DNA of 64,000 nt. Source: a virus. The notes beneath the pieces are model-generated. The model worked only from the letters and a program-made list of their open reading frames with translations, ran no database searches and had not been told where the DNA came from. The translations under genes were made by a program, and so were the position numbers. Location of the stretch: positions 1 to 64,000 of the IMG/VR virus record IMGVR_UViG_3300031957_002411. One strand, 5' to 3'. This document shows, piece by piece, positions 1-9,633 of this stretch. Every line of letters starts with the position of its first letter. The stretch's first letter is position 1.

Positions 1-108
1 ATTAATGAAACATTGTATATTGGAACCGTTAGTTTAACAAGAACTAAAGCTAACAAACAAGTATGCAAGGATTTAATTAGTGAAGGTATCAAGGTTGATT
101 TTGTGTAA
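1..108 (+). CDS. 3' end of a hypothetical protein truncated by the window start
   Basis: Frame 1 open from base 1 (INETLYIG...KVDFV) to TAA at 106-108. Confidence 0.5.
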   Translation: MNETLYIGTVSLTRTKANKQVCKDLISEGIKVDFV

Positions 109-127
109 CTTTATAGAAAGGTTGATA

Positions 128-304
128 ATGAATAGTAAAAGTTATTTTTTGGTCGCAGCGTTTGCGAGTTTTGTTTTGAGTGTTTCCCTGTGGTTTTTTG
201 GTGATCAGGAGATTGCCAAGCAGCAGGGTATTTTCGTGGGACTTTGGGTTCCAAGTATTTTGACGCTTGGTACTTATTTCTGTCCCGCCTGCGATAAGGG
301 ATAA
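128..304 (+). CDS. small membrane protein (2 hydrophobic segments)
   Basis: ATG at 128 after AGAAAGG; YFLVAAFASFVLSVSLWFF and GIFVGLWVPSILTLG. Confidence 0.7.
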   Translation: MNSKSYFLVAAFASFVLSVSLWFFGDQEIAKQQGIFVGLWVPSILTLGTYFCPACDKG

Positions 305-306
305 TT

Positions 307-465
307 ATGGACAATATGACACTGTTTTTCTGCGGTGTTGTTGTAACCCTCATTGCAGGAATGGGAGTAATTACAAGCGAGGTTTTTCTTGGTTACAAGC
401 GTTTTATGCGTAAATATAAGCATGAAAAGCAGGAAAACCAACAAAAAGTATTTAAATTTAAGTAA
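307..465 (+). CDS. 52-aa single-TM protein (not in ORF track)
   Basis: Hand translation MDNMTLFFCGVVVTLIAGMGVITSEVFLGYKRFMRK...FKFK*, starts 2 nt after the previous stop. Confidence 0.65.
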   Translation: MDNMTLFFCGVVVTLIAGMGVITSEVFLGYKRFMRKYKHEKQENQQKVFKFK

Positions 466-471
466 ATACTA

Positions 472-543
472 GGCTCTATAGTTCAATGGATAGAACATCG
501 GTCTTCTAAACCGACAATGTGGGTTCGACTCCCGCTGGAGCTA
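472..543 (+). tRNA. tRNA-Arg (anticodon UCU), CCA not encoded
   Basis: Acceptor GGCTCTA/TGGAGCT, D arm GTTC/GAAC, anticodon stem TCGGT/ACCGA with loop CTTCTAA (TCT at 505-507), T arm GTGGG-TTCGACT-CCCGC. Confidence 0.95.
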
Positions 544-546
544 TTA

Positions 547-558
547 TAGTGTATATAT
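547..558 (+). promoter_or_regulatory. putative phage-specific promoter (GTGTATA motif)
   Basis: TAGTGTATATAT upstream of GGAGG/ATG 586; same core at 14554 and 23380. Confidence 0.45.
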
Positions 559-585
559 ACCATAGTCACACACGGAGGCAAAGCT

Positions 586-960
586 ATGAAATACTATGTT
601 TTTTTAGCAGCATTTACTTTATATGTTTCAGCATACACATTGCTGGGATTTGGAAGAGAACCTTACAATATTGAGTTTCTTGTCAGTGAACAACCTGCTA
701 AGGCTAAATTAATTATTTTCTCTGCTGATTGGTGTTCTCCATGTCAAGCAGCAAAAAGGGCGATGAAAGAGAATGTAGACTTAAAAAGAGTCGTAGACAG
801 TTACGAAGTAACATACTATGACTTTGATACAGAAATGATAATGAAGAGAAAATATAAGATTCAAAAAATTCCTACATTTATTATACTGACAGATGACGAA
901 GAAATAAGAAGACAGGTTGGATTTAGTAGCTCGGATAAATTAAAAAAGTTTTTAGATTAG
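586..960 (+). CDS. thioredoxin-like protein with N-terminal signal/TM segment
   Basis: FSADWCSPC active site, IPTF cis-Pro motif, hydrophobic N-terminus, GGAGG RBS. Confidence 0.85.
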   Translation: MKYYVFLAAFTLYVSAYTLLGFGREPYNIEFLVSEQPAKAKLIIFSADWCSPCQAAKRAMKENVDLKRVVDSYEVTYYDFDTEMIMKRKYKIQKIPTFIILTDDEEIRRQVGFSSSDKLKKFLD

Positions 961-963
961 ATT

Positions 964-3282
964 ATGTTAAGATTAATTCTTACCATTATATTATCCTTAT
1001 CAGCATCTACAGCATTATCGCAACAAAATGGTATACAATTTTTTGAGAAGAATATTCGCCCTGTTTTAAACACGCAATGCTATTCATGTCATTCTTCTAC
1101 GTCTAAAGATGTCAAGGGAGGACTGTCCCTAGATACTAGACAAGGTATATTAAACGGTGGTGATTCTGGACCATCGGTTGTTCCCGGTAAGATAGATGAG
1201 AGTTTATTATTAGACTACATTGAGTCTGGTGATATGCCTCCAGATAATCCTCTGAGTGAGGAAGTTGTTGATAATTTTAGACAATGGATTAAAATGGGTA
1301 TGCCTGACCCAAGATACAAGCCTGAGAACAGAGCGGTAGAATTAAGACAGGCTAGAAATTTTTGGGCATTCAAAAAAGTAACAAGACCTCCTGTAGCTAA
1401 ATATGATGATGGCACAGAAATAGATGCCATATTAAATTTAGAAATAGAAAAACACAAATTAAAACCAGTAGAGGCAGCAGATGATTATACTATTATGCGT
1501 AGGCTTTATTTCGATCTTATTGGCTTACCGCCGAGCGTCGAACAAATAAAAGGTTATATAAATGATACATCAGAAGATAAGTATGAGAAGTTAGTTGATA
1601 GTTTATTGCAGGACGAAGGGTTTGGAGAAAAGTGGGGACGACATTGGCTTGATGTGGCACGGTTTGCAGAATCCTCTGGACAAGATAGAAATTTAGTTAG
1701 TCCATACGCTTGGAGATACAGAGATTATGTAATAGATAGTTTCAATCAAGATAAGCCATACGATCAATTCATTATAGAACAAATAGCTGGTGATCTACTA
1801 CCACACAAAAATTATAAAGAATACAATAATAATAGAATAGCTACGGGATTTCTGACAATAGGAACTAAGAACATACAGGCGCAGATTAGACAGTTTGAGG
1901 CAGATCGCAACGACGATCAGATAGACGCTATTACCAGAGGTTTTCTAGGCATGACATTGAGTTGTGCAAGATGCCATGATCATAAGTTTGACCCATTCTC
2001 TCAGCAAGATTATTATGGTGTAGCTGGAGTATTTAATAACACAAAAAACATGGACGGGTTGTATAGAGGTAATAATAACACTGGCTATCTTGGTGATTAT
2101 GATTTTCTTGTGAACGAAAAAACTGAAGAATTATACAAAAATAAAAAGATAGAAGAATGGTTTTTACTTTGTGATATTAAAAATGCTGAATACCAAATAG
2201 AATCTATTAAGACTTGGAACAAAAGAGCTACAGAAGATCAACTTAACAGAGAATTAGGTAGGAGACAGAAGATACTAAATGAAGCTAAATCAAAATTACC
2301 TGAAGAGTATTTAAAATACTTAGAGGATCTAGAACCTATAATGTCTGTTAAAGATAAAGATAAGATGAGTGAAGTAAAACTGGCAATCAGGGGCGAAGTA
2401 AATAATCTGGGCGATGAAGTACCAAGAAGATTACCAGAGATATTTAGTGATAGACCTAATCTTGACTTTGATAATACAAGTGGACGATACGAACTTGCGA
2501 AATGGGTAACACACAAGACTAATCCTTTGACATATAGAGTACATGTAAACAGAGTATGGATGCATTTGTTTGGCAAAGGTATACTAGACAGTTTTGATAA
2601 TTTTGGTATACTGGGTGGAGAACCTACCAACCTTAAACTGATGAACTATTTGTCAACAAAGTTTGTTACAGGTAGACTATCCAATAAAAGACTTATTAAA
2701 ACTATTGTCATGAGCAATGCTTATAGACGTAGTAGTAAGTTTGATAAACATAATTTTGAAATAGATCCTGACAATATTTACTTCTGGAGAATGAACGAGA
2801 AAAGATTAGAGGCTGAACAAATTAGGGATTCATTACTGTTTGTCTCAGGTAAACTAGACGGATCGCACAGCAACATAAGTGATTTTCAAACAGATATAAA
2901 AAATGCAGGCAAAGAACTAAGAAAGTATATAGGAGAAACAAAGTCTAGATCAATTTATATACCATCCTTGAGAGATAATAAGATTGAGATACTAGACATA
3001 TTCGACAGACCAGATAATAGTTTGCTTAGTGCTGAGAGAAGTGTTACGACAGTATCTACGCAGGCTTTATTCTTGATGAATAATCCTAAGATCATAGCAT
3101 TATCGCAAGAACAGGCGAAAGAGTTATCTGATGTTAATGAAATATTCTTAAAATTTTTAGGTCGTCCACCTGACGAAACTGAACTAGAAGCATCAATAGA
3201 TTTTATAGAAGCAGATAATAATAATCTCGCACACTTAATACAAATACTAATCTGCACAGGAGAATTTCGTAATGTTAAATAG
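964..3282 (+). CDS. Planctomycete cytochrome c (PSCyt1) + DUF1549 + DUF1553 (PSD1) protein
   Basis: Signal peptide; FFEKNIRPVL..CYSCH; RRLYFDLIGLPP, RHWLDVARFAES, CARCHDHKFDP; VNRVWMHLFGKG, RLEAEQIRDS, QALFLMN. Confidence 0.92.
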   Translation: MLRLILTIILSLSASTALSQQNGIQFFEKNIRPVLNTQCYSCHSSTSKDVKGGLSLDTRQGILNGGDSGPSVVPGKIDESLLLDYIESGDMPPDNPLSEEVVDNFRQWIKMGMPDPRYKPENRAVELRQARNFWAFKKVTRPPVAKYDDGTEIDAILNLEIEKHKLKPVEAADDYTIMRRLYFDLIGLPPSVEQIKGYINDTSEDKYEKLVDSLLQDEGFGEKWGRHWLDVARFAESSGQDRNLVSPYAWRYRDYVIDSFNQDKPYDQFIIEQIAGDLLPHKNYKEYNNNRIATGFLTIGTKNIQAQIRQFEADRNDDQIDAITRGFLGMTLSCARCHDHKFDPFSQQDYYGVAGVFNNTKNMDGLYRGNNNTGYLGDYDFLVNEKTEELYKNKKIEEWFLLCDIKNAEYQIESIKTWNKRATEDQLNRELGRRQKILNEAKSKLPEEYLKYLEDLEPIMSVKDKDKMSEVKLAIRGEVNNLGDEVPRRLPEIFSDRPNLDFDNTSGRYELAKWVTHKTNPLTYRVHVNRVWMHLFGKGILDSFDNFGILGGEPTNLKLMNYLSTKFVTGRLSNKRLIKTIVMSNAYRRSSKFDKHNFEIDPDNIYFWRMNEKRLEAEQIRDSLLFVSGKLDGSHSNISDFQTDIKNAGKELRKYIGETKSRSIYIPSLRDNKIEILDIFDRPDNSLLSAERSVTTVSTQALFLMNNPKIIALSQEQAKELSDVNEIFLKFLGRPPDETELEASIDFIEADNNNLAHLIQILICTGEFRNVK

Positions 3283-4570
3283 AAGAAATTTATTACAAGC
3301 CAGTAGTTTTGGTTTTGGTATGCTTGCTCTCAAAGGATTGATTGCAGAAGAGGCTATGCGAAATAATAAAAGAGTTATCTTTATGTATATGAATGGAGGC
3401 ATGACACATACAGATACTTTTGATTACAAACCTTTAATGGTAGAAAAAGATGGCACAGACGATCCTGTAAGTAAAGGTAGAAAGATTGTAAAGCCCGGAG
3501 TGCCATTGACTCCTGCTGGCAAAAGTGGTATAGAGATTAGCGAGAATTTCCCGCATCTAAGAAAACATGCAGATGATTTATGCTTACTCAACGGCATGAA
3601 AAGTAAAACAGGCAATCATAATCAAGCTAGAAGTTTATTGCACACAGGTAATTTTCAATTCAGCAGACCTAGCATGGGTAGCTGGCTATTATATGGATTA
3701 GGCACAGAGAATAAAGAATTGCCGGGGTTCATAACTATAGATGCTAATATCGGCCCTGATAACTATGGCAGTGCTTTTTTGCCAGCAGTATACCAAGGAA
3801 CTGCTATCAATGCTGGAAATGTTCAAAGTCCTATTCCTAATCTTAAAAGTCCAATAGCATTAGAAAAACAAAGAGAGAACCTAGATTTCCTCAGAGATTT
3901 AAATGGTCATCAATTAGGCAATGGTGAGAATAGCAGACTAGAAGGATTGATTGAGAGTTATGAATTGGCTTTTAGGATGCAGACAAGTGTTCCTAGTACT
4001 ATTAATATTACAAACGAACCACCAGCAGTATTAGAAAAATATGGAATAAATGATAAAGCTACAGCTAAATTTGGACGACAATGTTTATTAGCAAAGAAGT
4101 TTAGTGAAGCAGGAGTAAGGTTTGTAGAAATTGGACATGGTGGATGGGACATGCATCAGAATATTGTGGCAAATTTACAAAAACAAGCGTATAATATAGA
4201 TAAGCCAATTAGTGGTCTAATACAAGATTTGAAGGACTGCGGCCTTTTTGAAGACACAATTATATTGTTTGGCAGTGAATTTGGAAGAACTCCGGGTATA
4301 AAAGAAGGTGCAACTGGCAGAGATCATAACAATGGTGGATTTTCTATGTGGATGGCAGGCGGTGGGATTAAAGGTGGAATTAGACACGGTTCTACAGACG
4401 ATTTTGGACATAAAGCAATTCCAGAATATAGCATGGACATGCATGATTTACATGCTACAATTTTACATCTCATGGGCATAGACCACACTAAACTAACATA
4501 TAGATATAGTGGTAGAGATTTTAGGTTGACAGATGTGTTTGGTAATGTACAATATGATATTATAGCTTAG
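3272..4570 (+). CDS. DUF1501 family protein (Tat-type signal)
   Basis: NRRNLLQ twin-Arg leader; IFMYMNGGMTHTDTFDYKP, GWDMH, SEFGRTP, GRDH, DLHATILHLMGIDH. Confidence 0.92.
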   Translation: MLNRRNLLQASSFGFGMLALKGLIAEEAMRNNKRVIFMYMNGGMTHTDTFDYKPLMVEKDGTDDPVSKGRKIVKPGVPLTPAGKSGIEISENFPHLRKHADDLCLLNGMKSKTGNHNQARSLLHTGNFQFSRPSMGSWLLYGLGTENKELPGFITIDANIGPDNYGSAFLPAVYQGTAINAGNVQSPIPNLKSPIALEKQRENLDFLRDLNGHQLGNGENSRLEGLIESYELAFRMQTSVPSTINITNEPPAVLEKYGINDKATAKFGRQCLLAKKFSEAGVRFVEIGHGGWDMHQNIVANLQKQAYNIDKPISGLIQDLKDCGLFEDTIILFGSEFGRTPGIKEGATGRDHNNGGFSMWMAGGGIKGGIRHGSTDDFGHKAIPEYSMDMHDLHATILHLMGIDHTKLTYRYSGRDFRLTDVFGNVQYDIIA

Positions 4571-4907
4571 GGGGCGTAAAGGTTTCGACAGGTAAAAAGA
4601 AATATAGATCGCATCGGGTAGTTGATCAAGAGGCTACCTTAAAACTTGATTACAATTTTAATTGCCGATACTTCTGTATTAGCACTCGCTGCTTAGTGAG
4701 CGGGGTTTCCTAAACCCTGTTGCCCAATTAGGATGACTCCGATAATCGGATAGGGAACGCAACCTGAACTAAATAAGAAATTGGCGTATTCGTCATGGCG
4801 CTGGAAAGACAGATAGTTTTGTTTGTAGTATTAATAACAACAAACTAACGATGTAGAAGTTTATGTGGAGTTTATACTGGACAGGGGTTCGATTCCCCTC
4901 GCCTCCA
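4570..4907 (+). ncRNA. ssrA: tmRNA
   Basis: 5' GGGGGCG pairs with 3' CGCCTCC-A (G3.U Ala identity), GGTTTCGAC near 5' end, T arm AGGGG-TTCGATT-CCCCT; tag ORF 4664-4696 encodes ADTSVLALAA*. Confidence 0.93.
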
Positions 4908-4924
4908 CTTAGGAAAGGACAACA

Positions 4925-5566
4925 ATGATCTTTAATTTACAATCTATCAATGCTCAATTGAATTTTGATATAACAGGTGTTATACACGTTGGTGCATTTG
5001 ATGGTGCAGAGTTAACAACATACAGGAAGTTAAATCTATTTAATACTATATTGTTTGAACCACAACGTGAAATGTATAATGTGGTTAGCCATAAGTGTAT
5101 TGACGATGAAGTTGTATATAATATAGCTCTTGGTTCAGAAGATATAGAAACAGAGATGTTTATATCTGATAAGGCTGGTGGTATGGCTAATGGTGCTACT
5201 CAGTCTAGTTCTATACTACAACCTAAAGTTCATCTGACAGAACATCCAGAGATTACATTTCCAAAGAAAGAAAATATCGTTGTAAAAAGATTTGACAATT
5301 TTGTACAATCTAATAACATTGATGTATCTGGTTATAACATGCTTAACGTAGACGTTCAAGGTTACGAACTAGAAGTGTTTAAAGGATTTGGTGACTACTT
5401 AAATCAGATTGATATTATTATTGCAGAGGTCAACAGAAACGAAGTTTACAAAGATTGTGCTATGATTGGCGATATTGACAATTACTTACTAAAGTATGGC
5501 TTAAAACAAGCCTCTGTTTACTGGCAATCTGCAAGCTGGGGAGATGCGATTTATGTCAGAAACTAA
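4925..5566 (+). CDS. FkbM-family methyltransferase
   Basis: VIHVGAFDG, FEP, LNVDVQGYELEV motifs. Confidence 0.85.
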   Translation: MIFNLQSINAQLNFDITGVIHVGAFDGAELTTYRKLNLFNTILFEPQREMYNVVSHKCIDDEVVYNIALGSEDIETEMFISDKAGGMANGATQSSSILQPKVHLTEHPEITFPKKENIVVKRFDNFVQSNNIDVSGYNMLNVDVQGYELEVFKGFGDYLNQIDIIIAEVNRNEVYKDCAMIGDIDNYLLKYGLKQASVYWQSASWGDAIYVRN

Positions 5567-6503
5567 ACATCTAGTAACTCTTAGCGATCATAATTACTTA
5601 GTATACGGCCTTAGTCTCTATGATTCTTTAGAAGAATACGATGACCAAAAAGACACATTTATCTTACATTATTTATGCACCAGCCAAGAAGCTTACGATA
5701 AACTGTCTTCTTTAAGTCTACCAAATATTGTTCCATATAATATAAAAGACTTAGAAAGCGATGAAGATTTTCTAAGATTAAAGAACAATCAACAGAGTAA
5801 TACAACTTCTGGGTATGATGGTAACAATCATTTTCACTGGGCATTGGCATCCTTCTTCTCGTATTATTTAATGGAGAATCATGATTTACCCCATATCGTT
5901 TACATTGATAGTGATATTATGTTTTACAATCCTGTGGACAGAGTGTTAGACGCAATGCAGGATAAGAGTATTGGAATTATTACTCATAAGCATATGGCTT
6001 TAGAAAAATCCAACAAAAATGTAGGATATTATAATGTAGGCGTTATAGTATTTAAAAATACAGAAGTTGGAAAGTCTTGTCTAAAATTTTGGAGAGACTG
6101 CTGTATTGATACAGATAATAAATATGCAGAAGATTTTGGTACGTGTGGTGATCAAAAGTATTTAGAGTTATTCGATGAATTGTTTGACGAAAAAGAAATT
6201 AAAGTTTTGTGTCATGATGTTGGCAACATAGCGCCTTGGAATTTGCATATGTGTAAATTGCTTGGTAATAATGAAATGATGTGGTATGATCACAAAGGTT
6301 TTGTGCTACAGCCTGAGCAGAGTAAACTGCAAGATATAGTTTTCATGCACTTCAGTCATTTTACTCCAGATTTCGAGAGCGGATCTTTTAGGCTTGACAG
6401 AGGTGGTGAATGGGGTCCAATAGCGTCATACGAAAATGTTGTAGATTTGTATAGAGAGTATTATATAACTTGTTCACATACAAAAAGGAAATATAACTTA
6501 TGA
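5553..6503 (+). CDS. GT-A glycosyltransferase
   Basis: YIDSDIMFY DxD, YNVGV, GDQKYL; start taken as ATG 5553. Confidence 0.8.
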   Translation: MSETKHLVTLSDHNYLVYGLSLYDSLEEYDDQKDTFILHYLCTSQEAYDKLSSLSLPNIVPYNIKDLESDEDFLRLKNNQQSNTTSGYDGNNHFHWALASFFSYYLMENHDLPHIVYIDSDIMFYNPVDRVLDAMQDKSIGIITHKHMALEKSNKNVGYYNVGVIVFKNTEVGKSCLKFWRDCCIDTDNKYAEDFGTCGDQKYLELFDELFDEKEIKVLCHDVGNIAPWNLHMCKLLGNNEMMWYDHKGFVLQPEQSKLQDIVFMHFSHFTPDFESGSFRLDRGGEWGPIASYENVVDLYREYYITCSHTKRKYNL

Positions 6504-7225
6504 CTAATGGAACGTATGTAGATTCTTGGAAAAGTTCAAAAAAAGCTTTTTATGATCAACTTAAATTAAATATGAGGGAAATGAAAGATAATCCCCCAGT
6601 TCATTGGCAAAATTTTATTGATTACATTAACGAGTGTAAGCCACAAAGAATAGTTGATGTTGGATGTGGAGCTGGCATATATTCTAAACTTTGTCATTAT
6701 ACTAAACCTAACTATGGACAAGACCATGACACTAAGATTGAATATATTGGATATGATTATGCTGAAGCAGCAGTAGAAGTTGCAAATGAAGCTTGGACTG
6801 AAGGAGTTATAGAAGATCCCAGAAGTAGAATAGTGTTGAATAATCATGTTAAAACAAATTGTAGTTTTCATGTTAAAGGCTATGAAGATATTACAAAAGA
6901 GGATATCAGAGATGGAGATTTATTAGTAGCTAATGGTTTAATTACTGTAATGGAAAATGGAATTGAATGTTTAGAACATCTGCTTTCTTTACAATGCAAA
7001 AATGTTCTTATACAGAGACAGGTAGTTACAGAAAAAGAAACATATGTAACAACTTATAACGCTTACGGTTTTACCACATATCTTTACCACATGAACAAAA
7101 AAGAACTTAAATCTATAGTAAGAAAATATAATTACGATATAGAACTGATACGTCTTGGCGCAAGAACAGTAGATGATGAAAACTTCGATGCTCACTACGA
7201 TATGCTTCTAAAATTACAGGATTAA
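6500..7225 (+). CDS. class I SAM-dependent methyltransferase
   Basis: IVDVGCGAG motif I, YIGYDY motif II. Confidence 0.8.
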   Translation: MTNGTYVDSWKSSKKAFYDQLKLNMREMKDNPPVHWQNFIDYINECKPQRIVDVGCGAGIYSKLCHYTKPNYGQDHDTKIEYIGYDYAEAAVEVANEAWTEGVIEDPRSRIVLNNHVKTNCSFHVKGYEDITKEDIRDGDLLVANGLITVMENGIECLEHLLSLQCKNVLIQRQVVTEKETYVTTYNAYGFTTYLYHMNKKELKSIVRKYNYDIELIRLGARTVDDENFDAHYDMLLKLQD

Positions 7226-7229
7226 GGTT

Positions 7230-8111
7230 ATGAAAATTACATTTGGTATGATAGTATTTAATGGAAATTATGTGCTAAAAGAAGCCATAGAATCTATTTA
7301 TCCATACGCTCATCAAATTTTAGTAGCAGAAGGCCCAGTTCAATATTGGCAAGACGAGGGCTATCAAACTTCAAATGATGGCACGAACGATGTTTTATCT
7401 CAGCTTTACGACCCAGATCATAAAATAACTATAGTACACAGTCAATATAAAGAGAAGGATGATCAGTGCAATATGTACATGAGTCTTATGAAGCCAGATA
7501 CAGACTATGTATGGAATTTAGATTGCGATGAAGTATTCAAACCTAAAGATACAGAAAAAGTTTTAGAGTTACTTGAAAAAGAAAAGTACACATCTGTTGG
7601 ATTTAAGAGTCAAACTTTTTACGGAGGCTTTGAAAGATATCTTACAGGGTTTGAAGAAAATGCAGAATTTATTAGAATTAGAAAAGTATATCCCGGTTCT
7701 TATTGGTCTACACACAGACCGCCAACAGTGGCGCATGTAGTAAAAGCAGAGGACAGACTACCTGAAAAGCACTTAAACTACAACGTTTTGGCTGATGAAC
7801 ACGATGTAAGAATGTACCATTACTCTTATGTGTTCCCACATCAAGTGTTTAACAAGATAAAATATTATAAAGAGTTTTTAAATAGTGCGAATACTATAGA
7901 TAATTATTTTTCACATGTATATCTGCCTTGGGTTATAGGTAGTGATCATATGAAAAACATGATAGAAGACAAATATCATGGAGTTCACGAATGGATACCG
8001 CAAGCTAGAGGGGAATGCAGAACAGCAAAGTTTACAGGTGAGCATCCAGAAGTTATAAATATAGAAGAATTGAACCACAAACTTGAGAAACAATTGAGTA
8101 AATATATATGA
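7230..8111 (+). CDS. GT2-like glycosyltransferase
   Basis: TFGMIVFNG, SNDGT, LDCDE DxD, MYHYS. Confidence 0.8.
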   Translation: MKITFGMIVFNGNYVLKEAIESIYPYAHQILVAEGPVQYWQDEGYQTSNDGTNDVLSQLYDPDHKITIVHSQYKEKDDQCNMYMSLMKPDTDYVWNLDCDEVFKPKDTEKVLELLEKEKYTSVGFKSQTFYGGFERYLTGFEENAEFIRIRKVYPGSYWSTHRPPTVAHVVKAEDRLPEKHLNYNVLADEHDVRMYHYSYVFPHQVFNKIKYYKEFLNSANTIDNYFSHVYLPWVIGSDHMKNMIEDKYHGVHEWIPQARGECRTAKFTGEHPEVINIEELNHKLEKQLSKYI

Positions 8112-8716
8112 AACCTTCAGTAATTTGTTGTGGATCTTTTCCATACAAGAATATTGATATAAATTACATAGTTGATTCTTTTGATACTATAATTAGACAC
8201 AACATGCTAGTGCCAAATTGTGGGTATGGGCTTAGAGATTCAACCATCCATGTGCTAAATAATCATTTATCTAAATATTGGAAGCAAAAAATTTCTATTG
8301 ACAGGTGGTGTAAAATATATGAAAACCTCTATAATATAAGTAGAGAGCATATTGAAAAATTTCACGATTATGTAAATAGAGACAATATAAATTTAATTAA
8401 CTATCCTACTAATAATACAGAATTAATGCAGGAAATATGCAAAAATAACAATGTAGAATATAATGTAACTGCTAAAATTCTTAGGTGTGGTTTAAGTTCT
8501 GTAGCTGCTTGTATATCAGATGGTTTAAAACCTTTCATGATTGGATACTCGATAGACGAAGAAAGCACGTTAGAGCATGTTTACAAGCATGATCGTACAA
8601 TTAACAAGAAATGGCATAATGCGTTGGAAGAAATCACCTTGATAAAATCTCTACATAAAGCTGGCTTAGTAGACGCTACGCTTTGCTGCTTAGAAGACAA
8701 AGATCATTTATCATGA
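8108..8716 (+). CDS. GT29 (sialyltransferase)-like protein
   Basis: Sialylmotif-L-like VICCGS...VDSFDTIIRHN...GYG; S-like CGLSSVAACISDGLKPFMIGYS; VS-like HNALEE. Confidence 0.55.
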   Translation: MKPSVICCGSFPYKNIDINYIVDSFDTIIRHNMLVPNCGYGLRDSTIHVLNNHLSKYWKQKISIDRWCKIYENLYNISREHIEKFHDYVNRDNINLINYPTNNTELMQEICKNNNVEYNVTAKILRCGLSSVAACISDGLKPFMIGYSIDEESTLEHVYKHDRTINKKWHNALEEITLIKSLHKAGLVDATLCCLEDKDHLS

Positions 8717-9633
8717 TAAACTTATTCAATGTCAATCATTACAAGATAGATACTGCACAGTTTTCAAATTTATTGCATGACAAATGTGTAACAGAGTTTG
8801 AAAATGATTTTGCAGATTATGTAGGTGCAAAGTATGCATGTACAGCAAATAGTGCGTCAAGCCTTATCTTTTTAAGTCTTCTCAGATATGCACCAACTGT
8901 AGTAAAGATACCTACCATAATGCCCATAGTGGTTCCTAATGTAATAACTAACACTAGGCACAAAATTATATTCTATGATGATCCTGATTGGGTGGGTCAT
9001 TGCTATCATTTACATGATAACATATACGATTCAGCCCAAGAAGTATCTAGAGATATTTACAAAAAAATAAATGATGACAACGCCATAATGATATTTAGCT
9101 TCTATCCAACAAAGCCAGTTGGCAGTTGCGATGGTGGAATGGTAGTCTGCAATGACTATGACACAATACAATATTTTAAAACAATGACTATGAATGGCAC
9201 AACGCAAAATAGTGATAGCTGGAAAAGAAGTCAGACAGTTGCTGGATATAAGATGCATATTAATTCTTTACAAGCTGCAATGGCTCATTCAAACCTTAAA
9301 AAGTTAGATACAAAAAATAAAATATTAGAAGAGATAAAGGGGATATACAATAAAACATTTGGTATACAAAATACTAGCAATCATCTATATAGAATTAAGG
9401 TTGCTAATAACGCTTTATTCTTGAAGAAGATGGCAGAATGTGGTATACAGTGTGGTATACATTATGAAACTTGTCACAATAAAACATTTTTCAATTGCAA
9501 CCAACAGTCTTTACCTATATCAGAATCAGCATCCATGCACTATGCAAGTATACCATTTCATGAAGGACTATCTGTAAACGACATCAAAAAAGTGATAACA
9601 TACACTCATAAATTTTCAAAGGATAACAGATGA
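8713..9633 (+). CDS. DegT/DnrJ/EryC1/StrS sugar aminotransferase
   Basis: FENDFADYVG, DSAQ, FSFYPTKP (PLP Lys), DGGM. Confidence 0.85.
   Translation: MINLFNVNHYKIDTAQFSNLLHDKCVTEFENDFADYVGAKYACTANSASSLIFLSLLRYAPTVVKIPTIMPIVVPNVITNTRHKIIFYDDPDWVGHCYHLHDNIYDSAQEVSRDIYKKINDDNAIMIFSFYPTKPVGSCDGGMVVCNDYDTIQYFKTMTMNGTTQNSDSWKRSQTVAGYKMHINSLQAAMAHSNLKKLDTKNKILEEIKGIYNKTFGIQNTSNHLYRIKVANNALFLKKMAECGIQCGIHYETCHNKTFFNCNQQSLPISESASMHYASIPFHEGLSVNDIKKVITYTHKFSKDNR

Noticed and set aside
472-4907. Integrated element bounded by tRNA and tmRNA
   Set aside because: No integrase or duplicated att sequence seen; composition and CCWGG avoidance match the rest of the window
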